Part shown: one piece after another, positions 23,676 to 33,307 of the stretch
How positions within the stretch are numbered: position 1 is the stretch's first letter
How the letters are laid out: every line of letters starts with the position of its first letter
Virus record (IMG/VR): IMGVR_UViG_3300032288_002071
Span: 1-55,715 of that record
Length of the DNA stretch: 55,715 bases
Origin: a virus
Taxonomy: Duplodnaviria > Caudoviricetes
Strand: one strand, 5' to 3'
Translations under genes and position numbers: made by a program
The notes under the pieces: model-generated
Databases searched by the model: none
Told to the model about the DNA's origin: nothing
Seen by the model: the letters and a program-made list of their open reading frames with translations, nothing else

Positions 23676-25719
23676 ATGATACTGATGGTTGTGTATAACC
23701 GTTCATCTTCATAATGGCGTTCAAGAGATTTTCATCACGAACTGCCGGTGAACCTTGAGCAGTTACCATTTCACTTCCACCTTTGTTCACGCTAGTTGAA
23801 TTATCTACAAACGTAGGACCAGAAGCAATCTCTTTTTCAATCATCTTCCATGCAGCGGTAAGTTCAGCAGAATCTAATCCTAATTTTCCACCTATCATTT
23901 TGTCAAAATTAACTAACATTTTGATTAGTGGATTTTCTTCTTCTTGTGATGCTTTTACTTGTTCTTGTGACATCGCTGCGCTAGGAGTTGGAGATGGTGA
24001 AACTGTTGCGACAGGAGTTGGCTCTTCAATCTTACCTCCAGCTAATAAAGTTGCAAATTGATTTGTTGCTAACCTGTTTGCTTTATTTGGTCCACCAAGT
24101 GAAGTTTCTCCAGCGGTATTTCCAACAGCACCCCAAATTTTTGATACATCATTTTGAAATTCTGTTGGTGACTTTTTCCCTGCTTTAAATTGTGATAATC
24201 CAGCATCTTCTAATAATGCTTTACCCAACTTATCTTGTGTAGCAGCATCAAACTTATCACCTCTATTAACTACACCCGCATTTACCAATTTTTTTAATGT
24301 TTCTGGAACAATTTGATACTTACCAGCGGCAAAAATAAGACCTTCTTTTTTTCTCTTTTCGGGGCTTGCTGAAGGTGGCGCTCCTCTCATCATAACTTCA
24401 CCAACAGTCATGTCGGTTAAATTTTTACCAATAATTTTCATTGAATTACCAGAACCATATATTCCTTTTTCTTTGGTTCCACCTTGATTCATTGCGTTGT
24501 AATCACCTCCAGATTCACCTTTTGCGATCACATTTAATAAAGACATATCAAAATCATCTGGTGCTGTTTTTGTATATGCTCTTGTTACTTTTCCTTCTAC
24601 AGTTCGTTTATCTTTTGGTGTTGGTGTTGGTGATGTTGATGCATCCATAATAGCTGAACCTATCATAGATTCGTCCATTTGACCTAATAACATTGAAGTA
24701 TGTTCTGCTGATTTTTTCTCGGCAGCTTCATCACCTCCTTCAGCACGTGCTTTTTCAACTTCGTAATCCATAAGTTCCATGGCACTACCAATTACAAAAG
24801 TTGATGCTCCTAACCCTGCTAAAAAGCCTGGTAATTTTACACGAGGTTTTGGAGGAGTTTTAGTATATCGTCCAGTTTTAGGATCACGATATGGACCTTT
24901 TTTACCTTTACCTTTATCGGGAACATCAACATCACCACCTCCACCACCAACACCAAATAAAGATTTTGCTGCTGAATCTGCGGCTGCTTTGAGTAACCAA
25001 ACGGCTCCTTTAAGTGCTCCAAAGGCTATCACTACCGCACCAACCACCGCCCCAAGAGAAACTTTTTCACCGTTGATATCAATTTCTGTCGAAAGTATTT
25101 TTTTAATTGCTGAAAAAATTGTTTGAATTACTTCCCAAACACCTTCCCACACTCTAGGATCCGATAAAACATCTGCTGCTTTTTTGATACCTGTTACCAA
25201 TAAATCTTTGATTGCTATAAGTGTGCTTATTATTGTTTCTTTTATTTCTGGCCAGTTTTCTCTCATCATATCGTTCAACATTGTGGCGCCTTTTTGTATT
25301 ACATTCAGAACACCAAGAAATAAATTTTTTAGAAATGACTTTATATTTTCTCTGATCGTATCATTTTCTAATAACTTGGCAATACCCATTGTACCTAAAC
25401 TTACAAGAGCACCTTTAATCAACACATTAGCAATGTTTTTGATAAAGTCAAGAACAGAAGTACCAGGACCAAAACCTAAACCTTTGCTTGAACGGCTACC
25501 ACCACCGCTGCTTGATTTTGTTGGTGTTGGGGACTTTCCATACTTTGCTTCATATGCTGATTCTTTACTTTGTTGACCAGCAAAGAATTGTTCTGCTTTT
25601 GTTCTTGGTGTTCCAGTTTGAACAGCAACAAGCTTCATGATGCCCATCTTCATGACACCAATATCTTTTGCCATTGCTGGTAATGCTTTTTCTAAAGCAG
25701 ATTTTTTTTCTGTTGCCAT
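23674..25719 (-). CDS. Tape-measure/gp29-like protein with lysozyme-like domain
   Basis: 681 aa; helical amphipathic N-half; GESGGDYNAMN...AAGKYQIVP.TL...FDAATQD muramidase-like motif; follows genes 26/51. Confidence 0.7.
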   Translation of the reverse strand: MATEKKSALEKALPAMAKDIGVMKMGIMKLVAVQTGTPRTKAEQFFAGQQSKESAYEAKYGKSPTPTKSSSGGGSRSSKGLGFGPGTSVLDFIKNIANVLIKGALVSLGTMGIAKLLENDTIRENIKSFLKNLFLGVLNVIQKGATMLNDMMRENWPEIKETIISTLIAIKDLLVTGIKKAADVLSDPRVWEGVWEVIQTIFSAIKKILSTEIDINGEKVSLGAVVGAVVIAFGALKGAVWLLKAAADSAAKSLFGVGGGGGDVDVPDKGKGKKGPYRDPKTGRYTKTPPKPRVKLPGFLAGLGASTFVIGSAMELMDYEVEKARAEGGDEAAEKKSAEHTSMLLGQMDESMIGSAIMDASTSPTPTPKDKRTVEGKVTRAYTKTAPDDFDMSLLNVIAKGESGGDYNAMNQGGTKEKGIYGSGNSMKIIGKNLTDMTVGEVMMRGAPPSASPEKRKKEGLIFAAGKYQIVPETLKKLVNAGVVNRGDKFDAATQDKLGKALLEDAGLSQFKAGKKSPTEFQNDVSKIWGAVGNTAGETSLGGPNKANRLATNQFATLLAGGKIEEPTPVATVSPSPTPSAAMSQEQVKASQEEENPLIKMLVNFDKMIGGKLGLDSAELTAAWKMIEKEIASGPTFVDNSTSVNKGGSEMVTAQGSPAVRDENLLNAIMKMNGYTQPSVS

Positions 25720-25914
25720 TTAGTTTCTGTTCCTGTTGTATTCTCTTACTCTCTCGTTTTCTTCATCAATGTGTTTCATCAATAAATCCAAATAGACTTG
25801 TCTCTCCCAGGGAATCATATTATCCAATTCAGTCAAACTGTACTTATGATGTTGTAGCAAAGCAAAGTTAGTTTGAAAGTAATTCCCTAAATTATCATAA
25901 TTTATAATTAGACG
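25720..25914 (-). CDS. 51: gp51-like baseplate hub assembly domain, probably reached by -1 frameshift from gene 26
   Basis: NYFQTNFALLQHHKYSLTELDNMIPWER.VY motif; no ATG between the gene 26 stop and the motif. Confidence 0.75.
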   Translation of the reverse strand, partial: RLIINYDNLGNYFQTNFALLQHHKYSLTELDNMIPWERQVYLDLLMKHIDEENERVREYNRNRN

Positions 25915-26639
25915 AAAAAATTTTGTATACCTTCTACAACGATATCTTCTTCGTATCCACATTTACCACATTTGAAATGTAAGTCTTTTTTAAACTTAGG
26001 TAGTGTATCAAAAAACTTTTGTATTTTTTCTAAATCAGTTTGTGTTAAGTTTTCAATAAAATCAATAAGCTCTTCTTTGGGAGAATCTTTAGCGTAATAT
26101 ATTTTCTCATCATCGTAAATAAAATCAATACATCCAATTATGACTTCCAAAATTTGTTGCATGTCATTTGAATTAACATCCAATTTATCTACAGTTTTGA
26201 ATGTAGGATATTTCATAACGATTCCCATTTTCTCATTAATAGGAATTTTGCTATTGTGCTCTGGATTTTTTTGTGGTTGAATTTCCAGTACATTCAAATC
26301 AAATTGAACTTTACCACCACAGATTTTTTCACCATTATCATCTTTGACTTTGTTATTACAATTATAGTTTAGAGTAACAATTTCTCCTACCGATCTTGCT
26401 CTTAACTGAATAAACAAATGTTCGATATCAAATGTTGCCATATTCTCAACATCAATATCATCTAAAACGCAATTCGAAATTACTTGTTTAATCGCATTGA
26501 TCGTATCTTGTACTTCCTCAGATTCAGCTGCCATTAAAAACAACTTCTGTTCTTTTACAAGAAACGGGCGATAACGAATTATCTTTCCACTAGAAATTAA
26601 TTTAGTTTCATAAATTGGTACATCTATTTTTGGTAACAT
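25908..26639 (-). CDS. 26: Baseplate hub assembly protein gp26
   Basis: LPKI..P.YE, YRPFLVKEQK, FDIE..F..LRARSVGE, MKYP, CxxC, ends GIQNFFV; GAGGA RBS. Confidence 0.92.
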   Translation of the reverse strand: MLPKIDVPIYETKLISSGKIIRYRPFLVKEQKLFLMAAESEEVQDTINAIKQVISNCVLDDIDVENMATFDIEHLFIQLRARSVGEIVTLNYNCNNKVKDDNGEKICGGKVQFDLNVLEIQPQKNPEHNSKIPINEKMGIVMKYPTFKTVDKLDVNSNDMQQILEVIIGCIDFIYDDEKIYYAKDSPKEELIDFIENLTQTDLEKIQKFFDTLPKFKKDLHFKCGKCGYEEDIVVEGIQNFFV

Positions 26640-26656
26640 AATATCCTCACTATAAT

Positions 26657-27388
26657 TTAAACTCTAAGTAATGCTCTTGCTCCAGCTGTAACACCAGAAG
26701 TAACAATGTCTCCAATGTTATATTTGCTATCTGGTATAACTTCGTATCTGCGATATGCGAACTGAATACTTAAACGATGAAAACCTTCTTCTGACCAATT
26801 TAATGGTTGTGCTGCTATGCCAATTGGAAACGCTTCAATAAGTTTTGTACCAAAAATTTGCTTTACGTCATCGTTATATTGTTTGATTGTAATCTCAGTC
26901 ATGTACTGAGAATTTTGCCCCATTGGGTATCGCAAGTTGTTTGTATCTGTTGGCATAATTGCTTCAATCCAACGTTCAAATAACTTACGCTCATAGAAAT
27001 CGTTTGTACAGATGAATGTTAAAGTGGTGTCACCATATTGTGTTTGATAAGGAATCTTAAACGTTGGACCGTAGATTTTAACATCATCTGTTTGTAAAGT
27101 TTTACCTGGCAGTTCAGCACTTTCACATTGTAACGCAAGATAACGAGTCATACCTGGGTTAGCAGATTTCATAGCGTTGTTTGAATCTGACCCGATAGCT
27201 GAATTAATAGCATCTGAAATATCAGACATGATTGAATTTGGTAAGTTCAAAATTCTTTCTATTAAAGAGTTCTGAACAAACTGGCTAATATAAGGTGGTA
27301 TTGGAAGTATGACCTCAAATCTCGAAGGACGTGCTAGACCTTCTTTTGCATTAATGTTTGAAATGAATTCGTTGGGTGAAAATGCCAT
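26657..27388 (-). CDS. Tail tube-like protein (gp19/gp54 family)
   Basis: GLARPSRFEV, CESAELPGK, FERW, EAFP.....L.W, F.YR. Confidence 0.85.
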   Translation of the reverse strand: MAFSPNEFISNINAKEGLARPSRFEVILPIPPYISQFVQNSLIERILNLPNSIMSDISDAINSAIGSDSNNAMKSANPGMTRYLALQCESAELPGKTLQTDDVKIYGPTFKIPYQTQYGDTTLTFICTNDFYERKLFERWIEAIMPTDTNNLRYPMGQNSQYMTEITIKQYNDDVKQIFGTKLIEAFPIGIAAQPLNWSEEGFHRLSIQFAYRRYEVIPDSKYNIGDIVTSGVTAGARALLRV

Positions 27389-27972
27389 TAAAATTTATCC
27401 TCTGATTCTGACCAGACTTTACTTGTGCTTGCTTTAGCAAATGATTCCACAGGAAGCATGACGGCAATGTCCCATTCATCTGCTGTAATTTCCAAGAAAC
27501 GAGATTGTATATGACTAAACAAATATCGTTTGATACAAGGTTTAGCTTGAGAGAAAACTTTCGTTGCTCTTGCTAGAAAATCATAACTGATTCTTAGCTT
27601 TGTAGTCTCGTCATAATCACGATTATTTAATATGATGCTAAGTTTATCTAATAGGACTATGCGCTGCTTTGGGTGTATGTAATGCAAATTTAACCCTAGA
27701 AAACCGTCTGAGTATCGTTCTATTGGAATTACCAATGGGAACCTGTCGTAATATGGCAGCGTGTCCTTTGTCTTAGGATCATAATAGTAAAAATACATTC
27801 GACCGATAAAAGACTTGTCACGTAGTCTCTGACGGTCACGCATCAGGTCAGCTTTGGTAGGTCTGAGTTTTGGTATCTTTGTTCTCAGCCATTTACGTGC
27901 TTCACGGGTGCGTGGCTCATAGCCAGATTTAGCTAACGATTCTTTAACTCGGTCTAATAGTGTTTTCGCCAT
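27388..27972 (-). CDS. 2: DNA end protector gp2
   Basis: GRMYFYYYDPKTKDTLPYYDRFPL, GLNLHY, PCIKRYL. Confidence 0.95.
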   Translation of the reverse strand: MAKTLLDRVKESLAKSGYEPRTREARKWLRTKIPKLRPTKADLMRDRQRLRDKSFIGRMYFYYYDPKTKDTLPYYDRFPLVIPIERYSDGFLGLNLHYIHPKQRIVLLDKLSIILNNRDYDETTKLRISYDFLARATKVFSQAKPCIKRYLFSHIQSRFLEITADEWDIAVMLPVESFAKASTSKVWSESEDKF

Positions 27973-27976
27973 CTAG

Positions 27977-27984
27977 TATTTATC
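27977..27984 (-). promoter_or_regulatory. Late-promoter variant
   Basis: GATAAATA 4 nt before the gene 2 ATG. Confidence 0.6.
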
Positions 27985-28416
27985 TCAGATGCCTAGATGC
28001 TTTTCTGTTAGTATCAGAAATTCCCAGCCATGGTCCTTACAGAATTCTTCTGCTGCTATCCACTTAGCTTTATTGATTTCATATGTTATGGCTTCATGAA
28101 TAAAAGTCTTTGTCTTTCGTTTCTGTGTTGGTGGTCGTGTTTGTTTTTCTGGTTTAACTTCGATCACATATGTCATAAGCTTACCGTCTGACTTACGCAT
28201 TTGAGCAATGAAGTCTGGAAAATAACGATGCTTCTTTTTATCCACTGGGCTGTAGTATGGTATAGGAAGCTCCTCTGATGCCCACCAAATGACGTTTGGG
28301 TTGGTGTCCAAGTACCCCATAACCTTGATTTCCCAAGTGGAACGATAGATTATGTTGTTTGGATTACCCTTGTATTTTTCTGGGTTGCGTGGTTTAAACT
28401 TACCTTTATTTGACAT
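27985..28416 (-). CDS. 4: Head completion nuclease gp4
   Basis: GKFKPRNPEKYKG, YRSTWE, W.SEE..IPY, HRYFPDF, EVKP, N.AKW.AA. Confidence 0.93.
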   Translation of the reverse strand: MSNKGKFKPRNPEKYKGNPNNIIYRSTWEIKVMGYLDTNPNVIWWASEELPIPYYSPVDKKKHRYFPDFIAQMRKSDGKLMTYVIEVKPEKQTRPPTQKRKTKTFIHEAITYEINKAKWIAAEEFCKDHGWEFLILTEKHLGI

Positions 28417-28421
28417 AAATA
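28414..28421 (+). promoter_or_regulatory. Late-promoter variant for the gene 48 operon
   Basis: CATAAATA overlapping the gene 4 start codon on the opposite strand. Confidence 0.55.
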
Positions 28422-28448
28422 CTATCTAGTCAACCTATAGGAACTTTC

Positions 28449-29759
28449 ATGGCATTTTTTGGTCTTTCAGATATCAGATTTAACGACATAGAACCTAGAA
28501 AATTTGGTGCAAGCGGCCTTGCTGCTTTAGAAGGTTCCGAATTCGAAAAAGATACTCTCAAATATCCTCTTGATATTGGTAAAGCTGACAGAGGACATTA
28601 CATGGTATTTTTCGTGCGTGAGCAAAAGAATACTACATTCAAAGCAAAAGATAGAGGATCACAGTCATGGGACGCTGAACAAGAAATTGGTATACAAAAA
28701 CAGCTAAGTGAAGGAAGAACAGTTGGTGGTGGTGGAGGTATAATTAAAACAAATCCATCGTTTGCTGACAACATTAACAATAAACTTTCAAGCTATATCA
28801 ATAAAGGCACAGCTTCAATCAAACAAAAATTTGGAACTGGTGGGCGTCTTGGCTCTGTTGCTGGAGCAATTGAAGGTTTTGTTGCTGGTCCACAACAACC
28901 AGCAAGAGAAGAAAAAGTTGATACTGCTATCGAACGATCAGTAAAGTCAATCATTGATAAATCACCTTTTGAGTTTTTAAACAGAACTAGATTGACTAGT
29001 GATGCCATCGCTCTATACATGCCAGATACAATCAACTTTGATTCAAGACAAGATTACTCAGAACTTCGACCTGGTGAAGAAATGTTAGGGCAACTAGCAG
29101 TAGCAGCACCAGAAATACTTTCTATCATGAGAAATGGTGGAGCAAATAAAAAAGATGCTTTGGTTGCTGCTGCTAAAAAATCTGGTTTAGCACAAAAATT
29201 TGGTGAAAATGTTCTAGGTGCTTTGGGTAGCCCAGCTGTGACTAAATTAGGTCTTTTTGCTGCTACTGGTCGTGTTACCAATCCAATGCTTGAGTTGATC
29301 TATTCTTCTCCTTCACTCAGAGATTTTCAATTTGAATTTTTCTTTTATCCAAAAAGCGAACGTGAAGCTTATGAAGTACAAAAAATTATTGAAAGGTTCA
29401 GATTTCATCAAGCACCAGAGTTAGAAAGATATCCAAACTCAAAAACACAATCTGGTTTATTAATACCACCTTCAGAGTTTGACATCAAATTTTATTATGC
29501 TGGTAAACAAAATCCAAACATTCCACCAATTGCGACTTGTGTTTTACAAACTGTACAAGTTAATTATGCACCAAGAGGTTGGACTGCTTATGAATCTATT
29601 GGTGATAATGATCCAGCTTTAGGGCGAACAGGTATGCCAGTTGCTATTCAAATGTCTTTAGGATTTAAAGAAACAACTTATATTACCAAAGAAGATTTTA
29701 ATATTGGTTCACCAAAAGTTGAAGGTAAGACTGCTTCGGATTATTCTTGGAGTAAGTAA
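28449..29759 (+). CDS. 48: Baseplate tail-tube cap gp48
   Basis: LKYPLD, IALYMP, NP.LELIY..P.LR.F.FEF.F.PKS..EA, CVL....VNY.P, L.FKET. Confidence 0.88.
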   Translation: MAFFGLSDIRFNDIEPRKFGASGLAALEGSEFEKDTLKYPLDIGKADRGHYMVFFVREQKNTTFKAKDRGSQSWDAEQEIGIQKQLSEGRTVGGGGGIIKTNPSFADNINNKLSSYINKGTASIKQKFGTGGRLGSVAGAIEGFVAGPQQPAREEKVDTAIERSVKSIIDKSPFEFLNRTRLTSDAIALYMPDTINFDSRQDYSELRPGEEMLGQLAVAAPEILSIMRNGGANKKDALVAAAKKSGLAQKFGENVLGALGSPAVTKLGLFAATGRVTNPMLELIYSSPSLRDFQFEFFFYPKSEREAYEVQKIIERFRFHQAPELERYPNSKTQSGLLIPPSEFDIKFYYAGKQNPNIPPIATCVLQTVQVNYAPRGWTAYESIGDNDPALGRTGMPVAIQMSLGFKETTYITKEDFNIGSPKVEGKTASDYSWSK

Positions 29760-30421
29760 TGGCAAGTTTTTTTAATTACTATCCACTAACATACTATACC
29801 GTTGATGCGAACACAACAAGCTTAGACACGGTAACAAATATAATCGCTCGTTTTGCTTTTGAGAATTCACTGAAAGAAAACTCTTCTGCTTTTTACAAGT
29901 ACGATATAAAAGATAGTGATACACCAGAATCAATCGCTTCAAAGTATTACAACAACCCAGAACGTCATTGGATTGTTTTGATGTTTAATGATATTATTGA
30001 TCCCCAATATGATTGGCCGTTGAAGTATGAAAATTTTATTGAATATGTTGACGCAAAATATTCAGCTAATGGTGCTGCTAACACTACAGTTCAATCTGGT
30101 TTAGTGTGGGCACAAAGCATCAACAACGTTCATTCTTATTATCAAGTAAATACAAGAACAACAACTTCAACAACTGCGGATAGTAAAACGATTGAAGAAA
30201 AAATACAAATAACAGCTAACGCTTACGCTAATGTAATTACGGGAACTAGCACATATACTCTTGATAATGGAACAGTTGTTAGAGAAGTCGTTACAAAAGA
30301 AAAGTTGACTTATTATGATTACGAAATGGAAGTCAACGAAGCTAAAAGAAAAATCAAATTATTAAAGCCAGAATTTGCTGGTTCGGTTGTTCAAGAATTT
30401 AAACAGATTATTAATCCATGA
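29759..30421 (+). CDS. 53: Baseplate wedge gp53 (LysM-like)
   Basis: Y.I...DTPE.IA.KYY....HWIVLM.N.I.DP.YDWP, YE...NE.KR.IKLLKP. Confidence 0.92.
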   Translation: MASFFNYYPLTYYTVDANTTSLDTVTNIIARFAFENSLKENSSAFYKYDIKDSDTPESIASKYYNNPERHWIVLMFNDIIDPQYDWPLKYENFIEYVDAKYSANGAANTTVQSGLVWAQSINNVHSYYQVNTRTTTSTTADSKTIEEKIQITANAYANVITGTSTYTLDNGTVVREVVTKEKLTYYDYEMEVNEAKRKIKLLKPEFAGSVVQEFKQIINP

Positions 30422-31746
30422 ACGTAATTGAATCTACACAGTTTAGAGTAACTGAGGTTGTGGTGGTAACTAAAGGTGGACCCATTGATGTTACTGACAT
30501 GTTTGAAGAAATTAATCTATACGATTCTTTGTTCTTACCCGTTCTCTCTGGTAATATAGTAATCACCGATGCTGTTGGGCTATCAAAAAAACTTACATTT
30601 GATGGCTCTGAAGTGTTAGCAATTAATATCAAGAAAGATGAAAATTCTGAGAATTTGGCATATAAAAAAGCATTCAGAATATACAGTCAGACAGATAGAA
30701 GTAATATTAATCAGACAAGCGAAACATATGTGCTCAACTTTGTTGCTGACGAATTAATTTTCTCAAAGCAGAAAAGAGTTAATCAAAGTTATGAAACAAC
30801 TTATTCCAAAGTTGTTGAAAAGATTATGACTAACTATCTGAAGATACCACAAAAAAATCTTGCTATACTTGAAGATACCTATGGTGTTAGAAAGATAGTT
30901 GTACCAAACTTGTCACCAATTGATGCTATTAATTGGTGTGCTAAAAGAGCGGTAGGAATTAAAAACGCTCCTGATTATATTTTCTTTTCTAATGTTGTTG
31001 GTTATAACTTTTGTTCTTTGTCAAAACTTCTGACAAAAGAAGCAATATTAGATATTAATTTCTCACCAAAAAATGTAGAAGATAACGCTGATTTTTTAGA
31101 ACTAACGAGTGCTAGAAGCTATGAAGTCTTAACTCAAAATGATGTGCTAGAAAAAATTAACTCTGGTGTTAATGCTGGGCAGTTTATTGGATTTGATCCG
31201 ATGACAAGAACTATGGGTTCTACTCCATTGACTTTTGACTCACATTATTCTACCGTAGAGCATGGCAATAAAAACTCTACCGCTGGTGAAGTTCATAATC
31301 GTGATAGGACATCTAATTTTACAAATTACGATTCCAGAAAGGTTGTGAGCATTTTTGGTGCGGCAAGAAAGAATAGCAACTACATTAAAAAGTATGACCC
31401 AACTTCAATATCAAAAGTAGAGACACAAGAACTTAGTGTCTTTCAAAGAAAAGCTATATTCAATAATCTGATCACAAAAAGATTGAAGATTGTAATGCCA
31501 GGAAACTTTAGTTTATCTTCTGGTTTTAACGTAAACTTCAAAACACAAGGTTTTGGTTTTAAAACAAAAGGTGAAAATGAAACTGAAGATTTAACAGTCA
31601 GTGGTAAGTATATTATAACAGGTACAAGACACATCATTAGTTTAACTAGACATGTCACAATAATTGAAGTCGCATCCGACTCTACAAATGATATGAATCA
31701 ATATGTGAGCAACCCACTTTCAAATCAAACATTGGAGAAATACTAA
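30418..31746 (+). CDS. Baseplate hub protein (gp27-like position)
   Basis: Between genes 53 and 5; EINLYDSL...LSG, SGKY.IT..RH. Confidence 0.65.
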   Translation: MNVIESTQFRVTEVVVVTKGGPIDVTDMFEEINLYDSLFLPVLSGNIVITDAVGLSKKLTFDGSEVLAINIKKDENSENLAYKKAFRIYSQTDRSNINQTSETYVLNFVADELIFSKQKRVNQSYETTYSKVVEKIMTNYLKIPQKNLAILEDTYGVRKIVVPNLSPIDAINWCAKRAVGIKNAPDYIFFSNVVGYNFCSLSKLLTKEAILDINFSPKNVEDNADFLELTSARSYEVLTQNDVLEKINSGVNAGQFIGFDPMTRTMGSTPLTFDSHYSTVEHGNKNSTAGEVHNRDRTSNFTNYDSRKVVSIFGAARKNSNYIKKYDPTSISKVETQELSVFQRKAIFNNLITKRLKIVMPGNFSLSSGFNVNFKTQGFGFKTKGENETEDLTVSGKYIITGTRHIISLTRHVTIIEVASDSTNDMNQYVSNPLSNQTLEKY

Positions 31747-32564
31747 TGATGATGGATTCTCAGCCAGGAGATTTTACTGGTAAAAATGGATTCGTTTGGT
31801 GGGTTGGTGTGGTTGAAGATCGTCAAGACCCAATTAAACTTGGGCGATGTCGTGTTCGTTGTATCGGTTGGCATTCAGCAAACAAAATGGAATTGCCTAC
31901 AAACATGTTACCTTGGGCAACACCAAGTATACCAGTAAATATGTCCAATGTCTATACACCCAAAGAAGGTGATATGGTATTTGGTTTTTTTATTGATGGA
32001 AATAACGCACAGGAACCAGTTATACTTGGTGTATTACCAGGCATACCATTAAAAGCTGCTAATAGACAGCAAGGTTTTTCTGACCCAAGAGAAGGTTCAC
32101 AACTTGCTGCTGCTCCAGTTAAACCATATGAGTCAGCAACAAACTATCCACGAAAGTTGGATGAACCAACAACATCTAGATTAGCAAGAAATGATTCTGA
32201 TTATCCGTCAGAGATCGTAGCAGCAAAGAAAAGTAAACGAGCAAGTAAAGTTGAACCTGCGTCATACTATAATGCCAAATATCCATATAATAATGTATAT
32301 GAATCTGAATCTGGTCACGCATTAGAATTTGATGATACGAAAGGCGCAGAACGAGTTCATGTATACCATCGCTCAGGTTCATATACTGAATGGGGTCCTG
32401 AAGGTGATCGTGCTGAAAGAATACAGAGAAACAAATATACTGTAGTTGCTGGTGATGAAGCTGTTTATATTAAGGGTGATGTACAGATTTATGTTGATGG
32501 CAATTATAGATTGAACGTGACAGGAGATATTATTATCAACGGTAAAACAATTAACCTAAACTAA
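31746..32564 (+). CDS. 5: Baseplate spike gp5 (OB fold plus short beta-helix, no lysozyme domain)
   Basis: WWVGVVEDRQDP.KLGRCRVR, VFGFF.DG..AQ.P, YPYN.V.ESESGH..EFDDT.GAER. Confidence 0.92.
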   Translation: MMMDSQPGDFTGKNGFVWWVGVVEDRQDPIKLGRCRVRCIGWHSANKMELPTNMLPWATPSIPVNMSNVYTPKEGDMVFGFFIDGNNAQEPVILGVLPGIPLKAANRQQGFSDPREGSQLAAAPVKPYESATNYPRKLDEPTTSRLARNDSDYPSEIVAAKKSKRASKVEPASYYNAKYPYNNVYESESGHALEFDDTKGAERVHVYHRSGSYTEWGPEGDRAERIQRNKYTVVAGDEAVYIKGDVQIYVDGNYRLNVTGDIIINGKTINLN

Positions 32565-32565
32565 T

Positions 32566-32871
32566 ATGCCAGCAGTATCTAGAAAATCAGGAACAGATTC
32601 TATAGCTACAAATCACGGGTGTGATGCTACAACTGTTACTGACCAAGGATCATCTGATGTTTTTGTAAATGGAATTGGTGCCGTTCGTGCTGGAGATTTG
32701 TGTCAAGTACATTTGATACTTTCTGGAGAATCTTGTGTACCACATACTGTTTCTTTGACATCCTTTTCAAGTACAGTGTTTGTAAATGGTAAAGGTGTAG
32801 GAAGAAAAGGTGATGAATACTCTGGGCATACTTTGACTTCTGGTTCTGGTAATGTTTTCGCTGGAGGCTGA
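32566..32871 (+). CDS. 5.4: PAAR spike-tip protein gp5.4
   Basis: MPAVSR, GSSDVFVNG..A.R.GD, GS.NVFAG. Confidence 0.9.
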   Translation: MPAVSRKSGTDSIATNHGCDATTVTDQGSSDVFVNGIGAVRAGDLCQVHLILSGESCVPHTVSLTSFSSTVFVNGKGVGRKGDEYSGHTLTSGSGNVFAGG

Positions 32872-32878
32872 ATAAATA
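32871..32878 (+). promoter_or_regulatory. Late-promoter variant
   Basis: AATAAATA 4 nt before the gene 25 ATG. Confidence 0.5.
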
Positions 32879-32882
32879 CCAA

Positions 32883-33305
32883 ATGGCAACTACAATAACA
32901 TCTCAGAATCCTAGAATCCAGTCCGAACGAACTTATCGTGATTTGGATTTGAACTTTAACAGACATCCAGTTAAAAAAGATGTGACAAAGCATCTTGATG
33001 AGTATGCTGTCATCAATTCAGTAAAGAATTTAGTATCAACTAATTTTTATGAACGTCCATTTAGACCCGAGTTAGGTAGTGGTGTTCGTTCGCTATTGTT
33101 CGAAAACGTTGATCCTATTATTGCTGCTCAGATTGAAAGAGCAATTGCTGAGGTAATTAACAATTACGAACCCAGAGTTAGAATTTTGGATTTGAATGCC
33201 ACAGCATATCCAGATGACAATCAATATAGTATGAAGATGACTTTTTTAATTGTGAACAATCCTAATCCAATTACAATTGATTTCTTCTTAGAGAGAATTA
33301 GATAA
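32883..33305 (+). CDS. 25: Baseplate wedge gp25
   Basis: Y.DLDLNF..HPV, SVKNLV.T..YERPF.P.LGS, I.NYEPRV. Confidence 0.95.
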   Translation: MATTITSQNPRIQSERTYRDLDLNFNRHPVKKDVTKHLDEYAVINSVKNLVSTNFYERPFRPELGSGVRSLLFENVDPIIAAQIERAIAEVINNYEPRVRILDLNATAYPDDNQYSMKMTFLIVNNPNPITIDFFLERIR

Positions 33306-33307
33306 AA

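Noticed and set aside
25915-25962. Start of the 25720..25962 ORF (MWIRRRYR...) as the true gp51 N-terminus
   Set aside because: It lies inside gene 26, has no convincing RBS and the added residues look non-conserved; the frameshift explains the frame better
27985-28416. TnsA-like transposase
   Set aside because: The fold is shared, but motifs and position beside gene 2 identify head completion protein gp4; no transposon ends
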